A DNA stretch of 63,932 nt, the filler included, from Octopus bimaculoides (Eukaryota): assembly GCF_001194135.2 (NCBI RefSeq). It is 9 parts of 7 records of this genome, joined end to end, with 100 filler letters (N's around TTAATTAATTAA, not from the genome) between each part and the next. Parts side by side here need not be neighbours in the genome. Positions count along the whole stretch, not along the records: positions 39,899 to 52,498 come from NC_068984.1; positions 52,599 to 54,523 come from NW_026368755.1; positions 54,624 to 57,050 come from NC_068982.1; positions 57,151 to 62,318 come from NC_068986.1; 5 more parts are not named here. One strand, written 5' to 3'. Position 1 is the first letter of the stretch, and every line of letters begins with the position of its first letter. Of the stretch, positions 47,776 through 59,685 are shown piece after piece. The position numbers were made by a program, and so were the translations under genes. Under the pieces are notes generated by a model. It was not told where the DNA came from and made no database searches. It saw nothing but the letters and a program-made list of their open reading frames with translations.

Positions 47776-47931
47776 TAATAATATTCTAGTAGAAATTGTA
47801 GTAGCAGTAGTAGAGAAGTTACCTTAGTCGTTGAGATAATGAATATTCATATAAGAAAGTATATCCAACGCGTATGATTGAACCGCGTGATATCTTAAAA
47901 TTAAAAATTTGAAGTGTAATATATACATATA

Positions 47932-47970
<39 letters not shown>

Positions 47971-49168
47971 GATATACATACACATACTTATATTATACAC
48001 ACAAAGACGCATACACTCTCGTATATACATGTGTGTGCGTGTGTGTTTGTGCTTTTATTTTCTTTGGCTTTGTTTTAGCCATAATGATTAAGTTTATCCC
48101 AGAGATCTGTCTTCAGCAAGAAAGAAAGAACAAAAAATAAAAACTTATGCGTACAGTATATAAGTGTATGAATATATGCGTAATATTTTGTTCTTTCTCT
48201 CCCACCAGCTCTCGGTCTTTCGTTTTCTATATGTCTCTATTACAGACTTCTTCCACTGTGAACATGATATAGTTATAACCTCTTGTAACTTAAGACCAAC
48301 AGTTCATACCACAAGACAGAATCAAGCTTTATAACCTTTGGACTCACCATTCACCCACCTGCGTTCGGCACTCACATACGTCATACGTCATACGTCACAC
48401 AGTGGAAAGATAGAATATGAAAGAGAAAATAAAGAGAAAGAAAACGAAAAAAAGAATGACAGAAAAAAAAAAAGAAAGGAGAAAAATCATCCCCAACAAC
48501 AATGATGAAAAGCAGGAAAAATTATGCAAAGTTTATTTTCTCTATGATACGTATGTGTGTTTGTTAGTTCTTCCTTATAGACATATACGATGTTGTTGTC
48601 CAAACACATATACAAGGACATAGATACTTACACAAAGACACAGTGATACATAATACACAGTCTGTATGTATATATGGGGATTCAAACAGTACATTGCTTA
48701 CCATATTTGTTTGTTTATCTCTTTAATGTTTGGACATACGCTGAACGCAAAAAGCATCGCATAAAAATAAAACGGTAAAAACATAGATAAATAAAATCGA
48801 CTGAGAAAGGAAGAAAAGCGTTTAATTGCTACTGCGTTACCATCAACCACAAAACAACATCAATAACTCCCAAAATAGTGTTATAGCAACAACGATATCA
48901 ACAAAACGGTTGCAGTTAACTTATTATAACAAAATGTAACCAGTGAATTAGACGTTCGAACTTGTTAATCACTCCCATCATCTTATGAGTGAGTTTCTTA
49001 AAAATTATCCAGGAATGTATTAGACAGTAGTCCTGTTATTAGACAGTAGCTTGTAAGAATGGATAACAAGTCCAGTTATTTTGTTATCACGGCAGCCAAC
49101 TCTTATACTGTGCACATTCACTTTAGTATCGGGGCTAATTATTGCAAACCAATAGAGCATTTGACAAT

Positions 49169-49408
49169 ACAGTTCTATATTTAAGAGATGAGGAATTACG
49201 TACATTATTTACAATTGACGGATATTTATTTGTCCTCATCTTATTTGTTGTTAACATAACGTTTCGGCTGATATACCCTCCAGCCTTCATCAGGTGTCTT
49301 GAGGAAATTTCGAACCTGGGTTCTCATTCCTAAGGTATTTTTCGATGTTGTTATTCTTATTATTATTCAGGTCACTGCTTGGAATCGAACTCGGAATCTT
49401 GCGGTTAG
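49169..49408 (-). mobile_element. tRNA-headed, hammerhead-bearing SINE, copy 2 (5'-truncated, intact 3' end)
   Basis: B box GAGTTCGATTCC retained; body matches 6707-6945; 3' terminus ...cgtaattcctcatctcttaaatatagaactgt is in line. Confidence 0.85.
49253..49300 (-). ncRNA. Minimal type-I hammerhead ribozyme motif
   Basis: Minus strand AAGACAC-CTGATGA-A-GGCTG(gagggtatat)CAGCC-GAAAC-GTT-ATGTT: complete core, palindromic ACGT stem III. Stem I has one mismatch; the two-copy consensus GTGTT would pair with GACAC. Confidence 0.75.
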
Positions 49409-50759
49409 TTAAATTCAAGTTTCTTCATTGTACGTAATAAAATCGACAAAAAATATGAACGCAGCACAAATTCGCCTTTCGCGTACACTTGTTCCAGAGC
49501 CTTGATGAATACGTAAAACCTCTTCAGAAAGATAAGACTAGTGTTGGTTGAAGGTACCATCAACTGAGACTAAAGCACCACATGCTTAGAGACGCCACGC
49601 CATATGTTTGCGATTTTCGAAATAAAAGTGGATAATGATAAATGATAAATGATATTTTTATATTTAATAAATTATAATAAACACTTTATTCCTTCATTTG
49701 CGATGAATTAAAAAAATTTAAAACATATATACTTGCAAGTGTACCGAAACTCAGCAGCTACATTATGAAACAATATCGGTGAAGAATTTGGCAAAACCGA
49801 TCCAGAGTGAGAATGTTACCTCAAAAGTGATCAAAATAAAAATAGTCATAATTCGTTCACAAACGGAATCTTTCCGTATAGAACCAGATGATAAGGAAAT
49901 CAGAGTAGCATTGACCGCAGACATAAATTAAGTTTGGATTTTCGAAATATTAATAGAAGTTTTAAAATTATTTTTCTCTATTTGGTTTATACTTTAATCT
50001 GGCTGGCAAAGCAAAATGAGTTTGGCATATCTGCTGTAACCCATATCATAAATAGTTGGCCGAAAATATCACCCGGTTCTATAAATTATAGGACATGATG
50101 TCGTAGCCGAAACATTGCACAATACAGATCAGAGGAAAGGTAGACAACAAGATACAAGTATAAGAAGCTGCAATGATGAAGGTAAAGGCATAAGCCTTTA
50201 CAGTATGAAAGAACACTGGTGGAATATTTGTAAAATGTATGCATAACAAGCCAAACATAATGTCCGAGACATGAAACCAATGTGTTCATAGTAACTGAAA
50301 TCAGTTGTCCAATAGATGTTGACAAAATGCTAAAAACTAAACAAATGGACAATATCTCAGCCGGACTAATGAAAGAGCTGCGACAGAACACTAAGACAAA
50401 AACTTTCGATTTTAGGTGCAAGTTTTAAGGTGCTTGTTTATGAACCACCTGAGCAACGAATCCGAAAACTTGGGCTTCACAAAATTAGACAGGGCATGGA
50501 TAATTAAGAAAATGGAATTACAAACCATTCATAAAATCGTGACAGTACGTGAAACATTGTAAAAGTTTAACCTGTTGTAGGTACATATGCACACGGACAG
50601 ACATGGAAAATATTTATATGAGTGTATTCAGGAGTGTAAGTATACGGATTCACATATGCTGTGAAATGTATGCATGATTGTATACATATATAATCATTTA
50701 CATAACACAAATAACATAATACGCACATACATAAACATACGCATACAAACATACATACA

Positions 50760-51262
50760 TAATGGCCGTCCACTCGCGACCGAGGAAGACCATTGCTGAC
50801 CTTCAGAAACATTGTGCGCTCAAGGACTAACTTATATTTTGAATTTGGAACTCCGTTGGTGGCTAATGAGCCCTGCTCTTGACAAGCATATACGACTGCA
50901 AACATTGCAGACCAAGCTTTCCCCATTCACTACACCAGTAGTGCGCTTTCGCGCAGCACGCTTAAGTTCTTCATGCTGGATACGTGCTCTCTCAAAAGTG
51001 TCGACCCCGCCTCCTTAACCTGCTTCCTCCATCTGTGGCAATGTGAGGCATTGCTCTCCCAGTCAGTCTTCTGCTATCACAAGCCTTTAAGGAGGACTTG
51101 ACACGGTCCTTAAATCGCAGCCTTGGTTTCTGCTGGGGTCTCTTTCCATTCACAAGTTCCCCATATAGCATCTGCTTAGGGATCCTGCTACCCTTCATTC
51201 TAATAAGATGTCCAGTCCAACGTAACCGGTGCTTGTGCACTATTGCCTCAATACTCAAGATA
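50760..51262 (-). mobile_element. 5'-truncated RTE-clade (BovB-like) LINE 3' end
   Basis: SIEAIVHKHRLRWTGHLIRMKGSRIPKQMLYGELVNGKRPQQKPRLRFKDRVKSSLK, then after a frameshift CNVCSRICLSRAGLISHQRS (terminal Zn finger), 3' UTR and (ATGT)n. Confidence 0.9.
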
Positions 51263-51676
51263 TCAGATATGTATGTATGTGTTTTTTTTTAATATACACA
51301 TGCAAACATACGTACATACATTCATTCATAAATTCATACATCCAGCCAGTCATACATGCATTCGTACATGCATACATACATACATACATACATACATACA
51401 TTGTGTCTTGGAGTTATCAAAATTCAAATGAGAACTTCATTCTTGGGTAGAAACCGATTTTTCTCTGCTGATGAAATTTTTTTAATAAGCTTTTAGAAAA
51501 TACATGATTACACACATGCGGGTGCGTGTGCACTCATATACACACACTTATGTACATATCTATGGACAATACATACATTCACTACCATAATTTATAGTAA
51601 AGAATACATATTTGTCAATTCATCCCTCTTTGTATTGGCAAGGTAGGTGTATCTGTTTATCTATCTTTGTCTATCA

Positions 51677-51721
<45 letters not shown>

Positions 51722-51850
51722 ACCAACACACACACAAATACATACACACATCTCTCTCCCCCGCTCCCTTTTCAATACATTCCTGTATCTGTTCGTTTAT
51801 CTATCTATTTCCTTGCATCCCAGTTTCTCTATAAATATATACAGGAATAG

Positions 51851-52030
51851 TGGAGGCGCAATGGCCCAGTGGTTAAGACAGCGAACTCGCGGTCGTAGGA
51901 TCATGGTTTCGATTCCTAGATCGGGTGTTGTCAGTGTTTATTGAGCAAAAACACCTTAATTTCACGAGCAGGCTGTTCCGTTGATCGGATCAACTGGAAT
52001 ACTCGTCGTCGTAACCGACGGAGTGCCGTA
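51851..52030 (+). mobile_element. Internally deleted SINE family C copy
   Basis: Head ggaggcgcaatggcccagtgg...aaaacacct is fused directly to taatttcacgagcaggctgttccg...cgacggagtgcc. Confidence 0.85.
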
Positions 52031-52969
52031 TTTACATGAATAGAAACACATACTTGCGCGTCTATATGTGTGTGTGCGTATGTGTGTGAGTATATGTGTG
52101 TGTGTGTGGGGGGTATGTATGTATGTTTGTATATGTATATATAGACAGAGAGTGAGAGGGAAAGAGAGAAAGAGAGACCCTACTCAATAACAGGGAAATA
52201 TTTATTTATTTATTCGTGCATTTCTGTGCCTACATGTATGTTCATTTGAATTTATAAGTGTGCATTTCACTACTTCAGAATATCTAAAAGAAAGATGAGG
52301 AAAACGCTAAAGAGACAGAGAGTATAAGAAGAATACTCGGATTACATTAGTATATTTAGCGAAGGATATTTATGTGATCCATTGAATATGTAATTATGTA
52401 AATATATACATTGATAATTGTAAGAGGTAGGTATTGCCTGTGACTATGTATGTGTGTGACACAAGCACACAAACACACACATATGTATATATATGTATNN
52501 NNNNNNNNNNNNNNNNNNNNNNNNNNNNNNNNNNNNNNNNNNTTAATTAATTAANNNNNNNNNNNNNNNNNNNNNNNNNNNNNNNNNNNNNNNNNNNNCG
52601 AGTTATGTACTGGAGTCGATCTAATCGTCTGGCCCCTCCCCCTCCCCCAAATTGCAGGCCTTGTGCCGATAACGGAAAGGATAAACAACGGGTGTGGTGT
52701 TGGTGGTAATAGTAGTAGTAGTAGTAATTGTAGTAGAAGTGGTGGTGGTGGTGGTGGTGGTGGTAATAATAGTCCCTGTCGCCTACAGTACAATGACCAA
52801 AACACCGCACCATTGCCTCTCACCGCCACCATCGCAGCCATATGTGCACTCCTTGCACCACTACGACCACCACCACTACAACCATAACCACCAACACAAC
52901 CACCACGATAGCCGCCACCGCCACCACCACCACTGCTGCTTTTGCAGTAAGCATTGGCATTATTATATT

Positions 52970-53639
52970 TGTGAAGAGAGAGAGAGAGAGAACTGAGGCA
53001 GACAGAGAGGAGACAAAGAGAGACCGAGAGATAGAGGGGGAGAAAAGGAGAAAGACACAGACGCAAACAGAGAGAGAGAGAGAGAGAAGGAAAGTTGGAG
53101 GGAGATAGACAGCGAGAGAGAGAGAGTGTGTGTGTTATGTTGAGTGAAAGAAGGAGCGAGATAGACAGACTGACAGAGAGTAAGAGAGAAAGGGAGAGGA
53201 AGATTGGTAGATGGTGTGAGGGAAAGAGAGAGAGAGAGAAGTAGACACGCTCCCACACAACCAGACAGAGAGACATGTAGTGTCTGAGAGCGAGAAAGCA
53301 AAGAGAGAGAGACAGAATAATACATATACAGAGAGAGAGAGAGAGAGAGGCAGACAGAATGTGTGTTCAAGAGAGAGATACAGACAGACGGACAGAAAGA
53401 GAAAGAGAGAGAGAGTGATAGAGAGATTGAAAGAGAGAGTGATAGAGAGATTGAAAGAGAGAGTGGGAGACAGATAGACAGACTGGGGGAAACACGCAAC
53501 AGAAGAAAGCAAAGGAGTGAGAAAAAAAGAGACACAAAAGGAACGAAACAGAGAGAGAGAGAGACAGAGAGAGAGAGACACAGAGAGAGAGAGACACAGA
53601 GAGAGAGAGACAGACAGACAGAGAAAGAGAGAGAGACAC

Positions 53640-53672
<33 letters not shown>

Positions 53673-53897
53673 CAGACAGACAGAGAGACACACGCAGAGA
53701 GACACACGCAGAGAGACAGAGAGACAGAGACNNNNNNNNNNAGAGAGAGAGACATACACAAAGAGAGAGAGACAAAGAGAGAGAGACACAGAGAGAGAGA
53801 CAGAGAGAGAGAGACAGAGAGAGAGAGACAGACAGACAGAGATAGAGACAGAGACACAGAGAGAGAGACAGACAGACAGAGATAGAGAGAGAGACAC

Positions 53898-53928
<31 letters not shown>

Positions 53929-54179
53929 GACAGAGAGAGAGAGAGACAGAGAGAGACACACACAGAGAGAGACAGACAGACAGAGAAAGAGAGAGAGACA
54001 GAGAGAGAGACATACACAAAGAGAGAGAGAGAGAGAGAGACAAAGAGAAAGACAAAGAGAGAGAGACACAGAGAGAGAGACACAGAGAGAGAGACAGACA
54101 TACACAAAGAGAGAGACACAGAGAGAGACAGAGACAGAGAGAGAGACAGAGAGAGAGACATACACAAAGAGAGAGAGAC

Positions 54180-54258
<79 letters not shown>

Positions 54259-54260
54259 CA

Positions 54261-54306
<46 letters not shown>

Positions 54307-54400
54307 CAGAGACAGAGAGACACATACAAACATACAACGAGAGAGAAAGAGAGGGAGAATAAAAAAAAACAGAGAAAGAGAGAGAGAGGGGGTGGATGAA
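52970..54400. repeat. ~1.4-kb purine-rich compound (AG)/(AGAC)/(AGACAC)n tract
   Basis: Direct reading; explains the 362-456 aa SLSL/CLSV ORFs. Confidence 0.97.
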
Positions 54401-56094
54401 GAGAAGAAAAAGAAATATTATTGGATCTCGTGGATGAAAGTGTGTTGTGACACAATTCTATGAAAGCCGAGGTGATATCTGTAGGCTTTTTGCTTCCATT
54501 GTCATGTTCACAGGAAGTTCGGTNNNNNNNNNNNNNNNNNNNNNNNNNNNNNNNNNNNNNNNNNNNNTTAATTAATTAANNNNNNNNNNNNNNNNNNNNN
54601 NNNNNNNNNNNNNNNNNNNNNNNATGGAGGAAGGAGGATGGGAGGGAGGACGGTATCCTCAAACCGGAAACCTGGCTCTAATGCTTGCAACAGAGTGGAC
54701 CCTTCAGCTGAAAGCATCCAAGGTACCTGGTGGTGATGGTGGTAGTAGTGGTGGTGGTGGTGGTGCTAAAGTGGGCAACGGAATTAACTCTTATCACCCT
54801 ATGTAATCCAAAATAAAACAAAATGACGTGATTGTCACGGTTAGAATGCCTTTTGTCATAAGGTTGGCTGAAGGATGGCTGGACTTGTGTCTAAACGTCT
54901 AGTACAACAACCACTACAACCACTGTTACTAATATTAGTATTGCTACTACTGCTGCTACTACTACTACTACTATTACTACTACTACTACTCTAACCTCTG
55001 ACCTTTTCACAATGAACACCACTGCAGTCTCCCTCTCTCCACAAAAACACACACACACTCACACCGCTACTCCTTCACACAAACGACATGCCGCCATCTT
55101 TCGTTTATTCACCTATTTATTTGTTTATTTCTCCTATTCATCCACCCCGATCCACCCTCTATTCCTTATTCCTCGTCTTTATTTCTCTATTCAACCTGTT
55201 TTCCTCGTCTTTTTTCGACGAAACCCCCACCAGCATCAAGCCCGCCACCATACCACACACACACACACACACACGCACACATACAGTATCGCCACCTACA
55301 TGACATGCTCAACACATTCATCTATTCATATTGGCCACCGAAACCTTTAGCCTTTATAAGCAGCTGCTACAGCGGTGGCGACGGCGGCGCCGGAGTTAAC
55401 GGAGGCGGTTGTGGCGGTAGTGGTGCTGCAGCAACAATAGGAATAACAGCTGCTTCAAACACGTATCATAAACACCAACAGCAGCATTGAGCAAAGAAAA
55501 ACTATATAAAAATATAAAAGCAAAAACAAACAACACAATGTCCACCATTACAATTATCACCGTTAAAACTGAGAAGACTATTAAAACTAATTCCGTTACC
55601 ACCACCACCACCACCACCACCACCAAACCATCCACAGAACCACCACCATCACCACCGCTTAGTACTCTGTAATCTCCCTTCAAGTTCCGAGTTCGAATCT
55701 TATCCAGGGTGATAGAATGCGAGCTGAGTGGGGACCTCCTCGTGGTAACTTGGACAACTAGAAATACTAACCATATATCCCTTAAATATGCGACGTAGAG
55801 TCTAAAAAAAAAAAGCAAAGGAGAGATTTGGTAATGTAGTCCTAGACGAACTATGCCTAAAGTACAGATATGATGGCTACAGTTGGAACACCTGTGATAT
55901 TAGTTCCAAACAGCGATATTTACGGTGACACCTTTTTTTTTTTTATAGAAGAATGGGGATTGACAGAGAATTTAATGAGCCCTTGCTAATGATAATACGT
56001 ATGAAAAATACAAGGGAGGCAACTCCACATTGAAATTAAAACCTAAACAACAACATGCAATGAGGAGCGAGTCTGTTCTTTGATGTTATGGGTG

Positions 56095-56310
56095 GCGGGA
56101 GGGCAACGAAATGGCTGAATCATTAGCACGCCGGGCAAAATGTTTAGTAGTAATTTGTCGAGCTTAATGTTCTGAGTTCCAATTCCGTTGTAGTCGACTT
56201 TACCTTTCATCCCTCCGGGGTTGATAAAATAAGTACCAGTTAAGCAGTGAGCTCGATGTAATCGACTTACCAGCTCTTCCGAAATTGCTGGCCTTGTATC
56301 AAAATTTGAA
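56095..56310 (+). mobile_element. SINE family A copy (degenerate)
   Basis: ggctgaatcattagcacgccgggcaaaatg...gtcgactttacctttcatccctccggggttgataaaataagtaccag. Confidence 0.85.
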
Positions 56311-56934
56311 TTTAGTAGTATAGGTGGGGGGACAAGTGCAGGCATGTTTCGGTCTTAGTGAAATATCATCTTGCAGTAACCAGTTGCCAGGGCTGCCGTC
56401 AGCAAGAGAAACATATAAGTTAAGTGAGGGCTCAAATATTTATTGAAATGAGACCACAAAAGAGAATGTTTAATTTAAATTTCATCTGTAATTATCAGAG
56501 TTGTCACCCTTGCCTTCGTTGACAATAATTGTCGTTAGCGCTAATGATTTTTCAATTCATTATTCGTGAAATATTACTTGGTTAAACATTGGCTAAGCGA
56601 AGCGGTAGTACGTTACATTGCACTTGACTGCATAAACGCCTAGCAGAAGGCACCTCTGGGAAATTTTGCCATGCCAATACCATTCCTATTATAGCATATA
56701 ATATTACAAATGTCTACTCTCCTGCCAAACACCACCCACCATCATCACCACCACCAAAACAAAACCACCATCCTTGTAATTATAACAACCCGTTTACACG
56801 ATTTCGATGTTCCCTACCCTATTCTGTTTCAGCACAATCTACCCTTATAGTTTCGGTAGTTACAACAACTAATTGTATAGGGATTACTAAAATACCCCAC
56901 CCAATACCTTCGTTACCAACCTCACTATCAACAC

Positions 56935-56992
<58 letters not shown>

Positions 56993-57150
56993 TTCACCAT
57001 CAGCTTCATCTTCACCATTATCAACACCATCATTATCATCACCGTCATTANNNNNNNNNNNNNNNNNNNNNNNNNNNNNNNNNNNNNNNNNNNNTTAATT
57101 AATTAANNNNNNNNNNNNNNNNNNNNNNNNNNNNNNNNNNNNNNNNNNNN

Positions 57151-57482
57151 AAGATGTTTATTCACTTGACCGGTTTCACTTTTTTAGAAAAAGATTGTCA
57201 AAAGTACAATGTAAAGCTTTGTATAAGCTCTGTTGTGTTAAGTACTGGTTGTCACAAAAGTATTAAAATACAGTTATACATTCTTTGATAATATATTCTT
57301 TCATAATAATAATATTATCAAATAATGTATAACTGTATTTTAATACTTTTGTGACAACCAGTACTTAACGCAACAGAGCTTATACAAAGCTTTACATTTT
57401 ACTTTTGACAATCTTTTTCTAAAAAAGTGAAACCGGTCAAGTGAATAAACTTCTTTAAAATTGCATTTTCAAACCTTCTTTC
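57151..57482. mobile_element. Long palindrome (144-bp arms, 17-bp spacer); probable tail-to-tail inverted Penelope-type terminal repeats ending at (TA)n
   Basis: 57151-57294 is the reverse complement of 57312-57455, with 4 mismatches by eye. The right arm continues to (TA)n at 57483. Each arm carries a hammerhead-like motif. Confidence 0.8.
57398..57446 (+). ncRNA. Minimal type-I hammerhead-like motif, U3:A8 compensatory core variant (mirror copy on the minus strand in the left arm)
   Basis: TTTACTT-TTGACAA-T-CTTTTT(cta)AAAAAG-T-GAAAC-CGGTC-AAGTGAA: 7-bp stem I (one G.U), palindromic ACCGGT stem III, GUC triplet. Confidence 0.55.
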
Positions 57483-57494
57483 ATATATATATAT

Positions 57495-58235
57495 CAGAGG
57501 CGACTCCAGGTCATCAGCTTGAAGAATTTCACATTTTCCCCGCTTCATTTCTAACCCCAAATTGCGTTTTTTTTAAAAATATATATATCTACCACTATGT
57601 CTTTCTCCATTTCTAAGTTAAGGGTAAAAATAAAGAGACCCTACAAAACACTATTGATCTTTACACAGAGACGCACAGAATAACAACAATCAAATAACAA
57701 CATTGGAGCGCTCAACAAACATCACCGATCTGATCGTCGCCTGTAATCTTGACAAGAGATGTCTGTTAGTCTACCAGGCTCGTTCGTATTAGCCCGAGTT
57801 GCTAGATAATTTTTCGTTCCTTTAAGAATATTGCAGAACAGAAACTTTTGATAGATTAGAATTTTAATTCTAATCTCTATAGCAATTTATTGCTTCAAGA
57901 AAATATTGAATTTGAATTACTTTTAATTTTTACGATTATAGATAACAATTTGGGCTGTAACTTCTGAGCCCGAGTCAGGCGCGTGTGAACAATGTAGAGA
58001 GAACGGTTGTTACAAATGATATTTTTTGACACGGAGCACCTTTAAGATGACCGCCTGATGCTGAACGAAAATAAACTGCGACCAGGTTCAATAAAAGGAG
58101 CCCGAGTTATTGTCTGCAATTCCATACTCGAAGTCAGTGTTGGCAGAAATTAAATCAGTTTGCAAATACACGTTCACTTTACTAAATTTATACTCGGGCT
58201 TAGCTCGAACGGCCCGAGGGCCGGAGTCACCACTG
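57495..58235. mobile_element. 741-bp non-autonomous TIR DNA transposon, hAT-like, inserted in (TA)n
   Basis: Left end CAGAGGCGACTCCAGG; right end reverse complement CAGTGGTGACTCCGGC; (TA)n on both sides; GCCCGAG motif repeated at ~57793, 57968, 58100, 58194 (reverse) and 58212. Confidence 0.75.
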
Positions 58236-58418
58236 ATATATATATATATATATATTGCTCACAAGGGGCTAAACATAGAGAGTACAAACAAGGCAGACAA
58301 AGGGATTAAGTCGATTACATCGACCCCAGTGCGTAACTGGTACTTATTTCATCAACATTGTATTGTCCCCCTCATCCTTCACCCTTGTGGCAAATAAATG
58401 AAATCATCATCATCATCG

Positions 58419-58506
<88 letters not shown>

Positions 58507-58509
<3 letters not shown>

Positions 58510-58721
58510 GGCGGCGAACTGGCTGAAAGGTTAGTATGCCGGGCGAAATGCTTAGCGGTATTTCGTCCGTCTTTACGTTCTGAGTTCAAATTCCGCCGAG
58601 GTCGACTTTGCCTTTCATCCTTTCGGAGTCGATAAATTAAGTACCACTTGCGTACTGGAGTCGATCTAATCGACTGGCCCCTTCTCCAAAAATTTTGGGC
58701 CTTGTGCCTAGAGTAGAAAAG

Positions 58722-58722
<1 letters not shown>
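58507..58722 (+). mobile_element. SINE family A monomer flanked on both sides by (TTA)n
   Basis: ttattattaaggcggcgaactggctgaaagg...agtagaaaagattattatt. Confidence 0.92.
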
Positions 58723-58771
<49 letters not shown>

Positions 58772-59402
58772 CCAGATACAGTCCACTGGTGTCTGTCACA
58801 GTCTCTTCTCAATTCCTTTCACTTTTAATCAAAGAACCTTTCTTTTATGTTAAATTGTCTGGAGCTGTAAAAGCAGAACTAATTATGGTAGTAGTACTAC
58901 TACTACTACTAGTAGTAGTAGTAGTAGTAGTTGCTGTTGTTGTTGTTGTTGTACCTGAGACACCAGGGGTAAGAGATTGAAACATTAGATCAGTTCATGT
59001 TGATTCGAGACCAACGTTGTGTGACTTGTTGTTGTTGTTGCTACTGCGGCTGCTGCTGCTGATGGTGATGATGATGATATTATTAAGGGTGTTGTTGTCA
59101 ATATTGTTTCATTACTGTTGTTGTTATTGTTATTGTTGTTGTTGTTCTCTTCTTCGTCGTCAAGTCTCGAATAATACGACAAAGACGAGCAACGTTCAAT
59201 AAAAATTCATTTCTGCGCTCTCGTTTTTCTCACTTGATTCGACCAGTTTATAAAAGTTCGATATTTCTTTCTTTTTCAAGCCGAACTGTGTGAACTAATA
59301 TCGATCTTTAATCTTTATTCTTTATTCATTTTTCTCCTCGTTTCTTGTTACCATTCTTAGTGCTTTATTCCTCAGTCTGTGTTGAATAAACCACCAATGT
59401 GT

Positions 59403-59685
59403 AAGGCGGCGAGCTAGCAGAATGGTTAGCACGCCGAGCGAAATGCTTAGCGGCATTTCGTCTGCCGTTACGTTCTGAGTTCAAATTCCGCCGAGGTCGA
59501 CTTTGCCTTGTTACGCACTGGGGTCGATGTAATCGACTTAATCCCTTTGTCTGTCCTTGTTTGTCCCTTCTATGTTTAGCCCCTTGTGAGCAATAAAGAA
59601 ATAAGAAACTTTAGCACGCCGGGCGAAATGCTTAGCGGTATTTCGTCTGCCGTTACGTTCTGAGTTCAAATTCCAACGAAGTGGA
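59403..59685 (+). mobile_element. Dimeric SINE family A (internal deletion in monomer 1; ends in gap)
   Basis: Same junction caataaagaaataagaaactttagcacgccgggc. Confidence 0.9.

Noticed and set aside
49743-49931. 63-codon open frame ending ...RIEPDDKEIRVALT, faintly like an hAT dimerisation domain
   Set aside because: Similarity is limited to a few residues; no TIR or other transposase motif nearby.
50090-50290. Three hairpin-plus-GAAA segments resembling decayed hammerheads
   Set aside because: None has a CUGANGA or compensated core or a closable stem I; compatible with chance.
50860-50925. C2H2-like motif CNVCSRICLSRAGLISHQRS as a host zinc-finger exon
   Set aside because: It is the terminal zinc finger of the contiguous RTE ORF.
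52690-52935. (GGT)n followed by (ACC)n as an inverted repeat
   Set aside because: Low-complexity trinucleotide tracts; the complementarity is trivial.
52963-54455. 362-456 aa ORFs, plus RTNE/FVRS-rich ORFs at 30100-37700 and poly-N/S/K/L ORFs
   Set aside because: Translations of microsatellite or satellite sequence that lacks stop codons.
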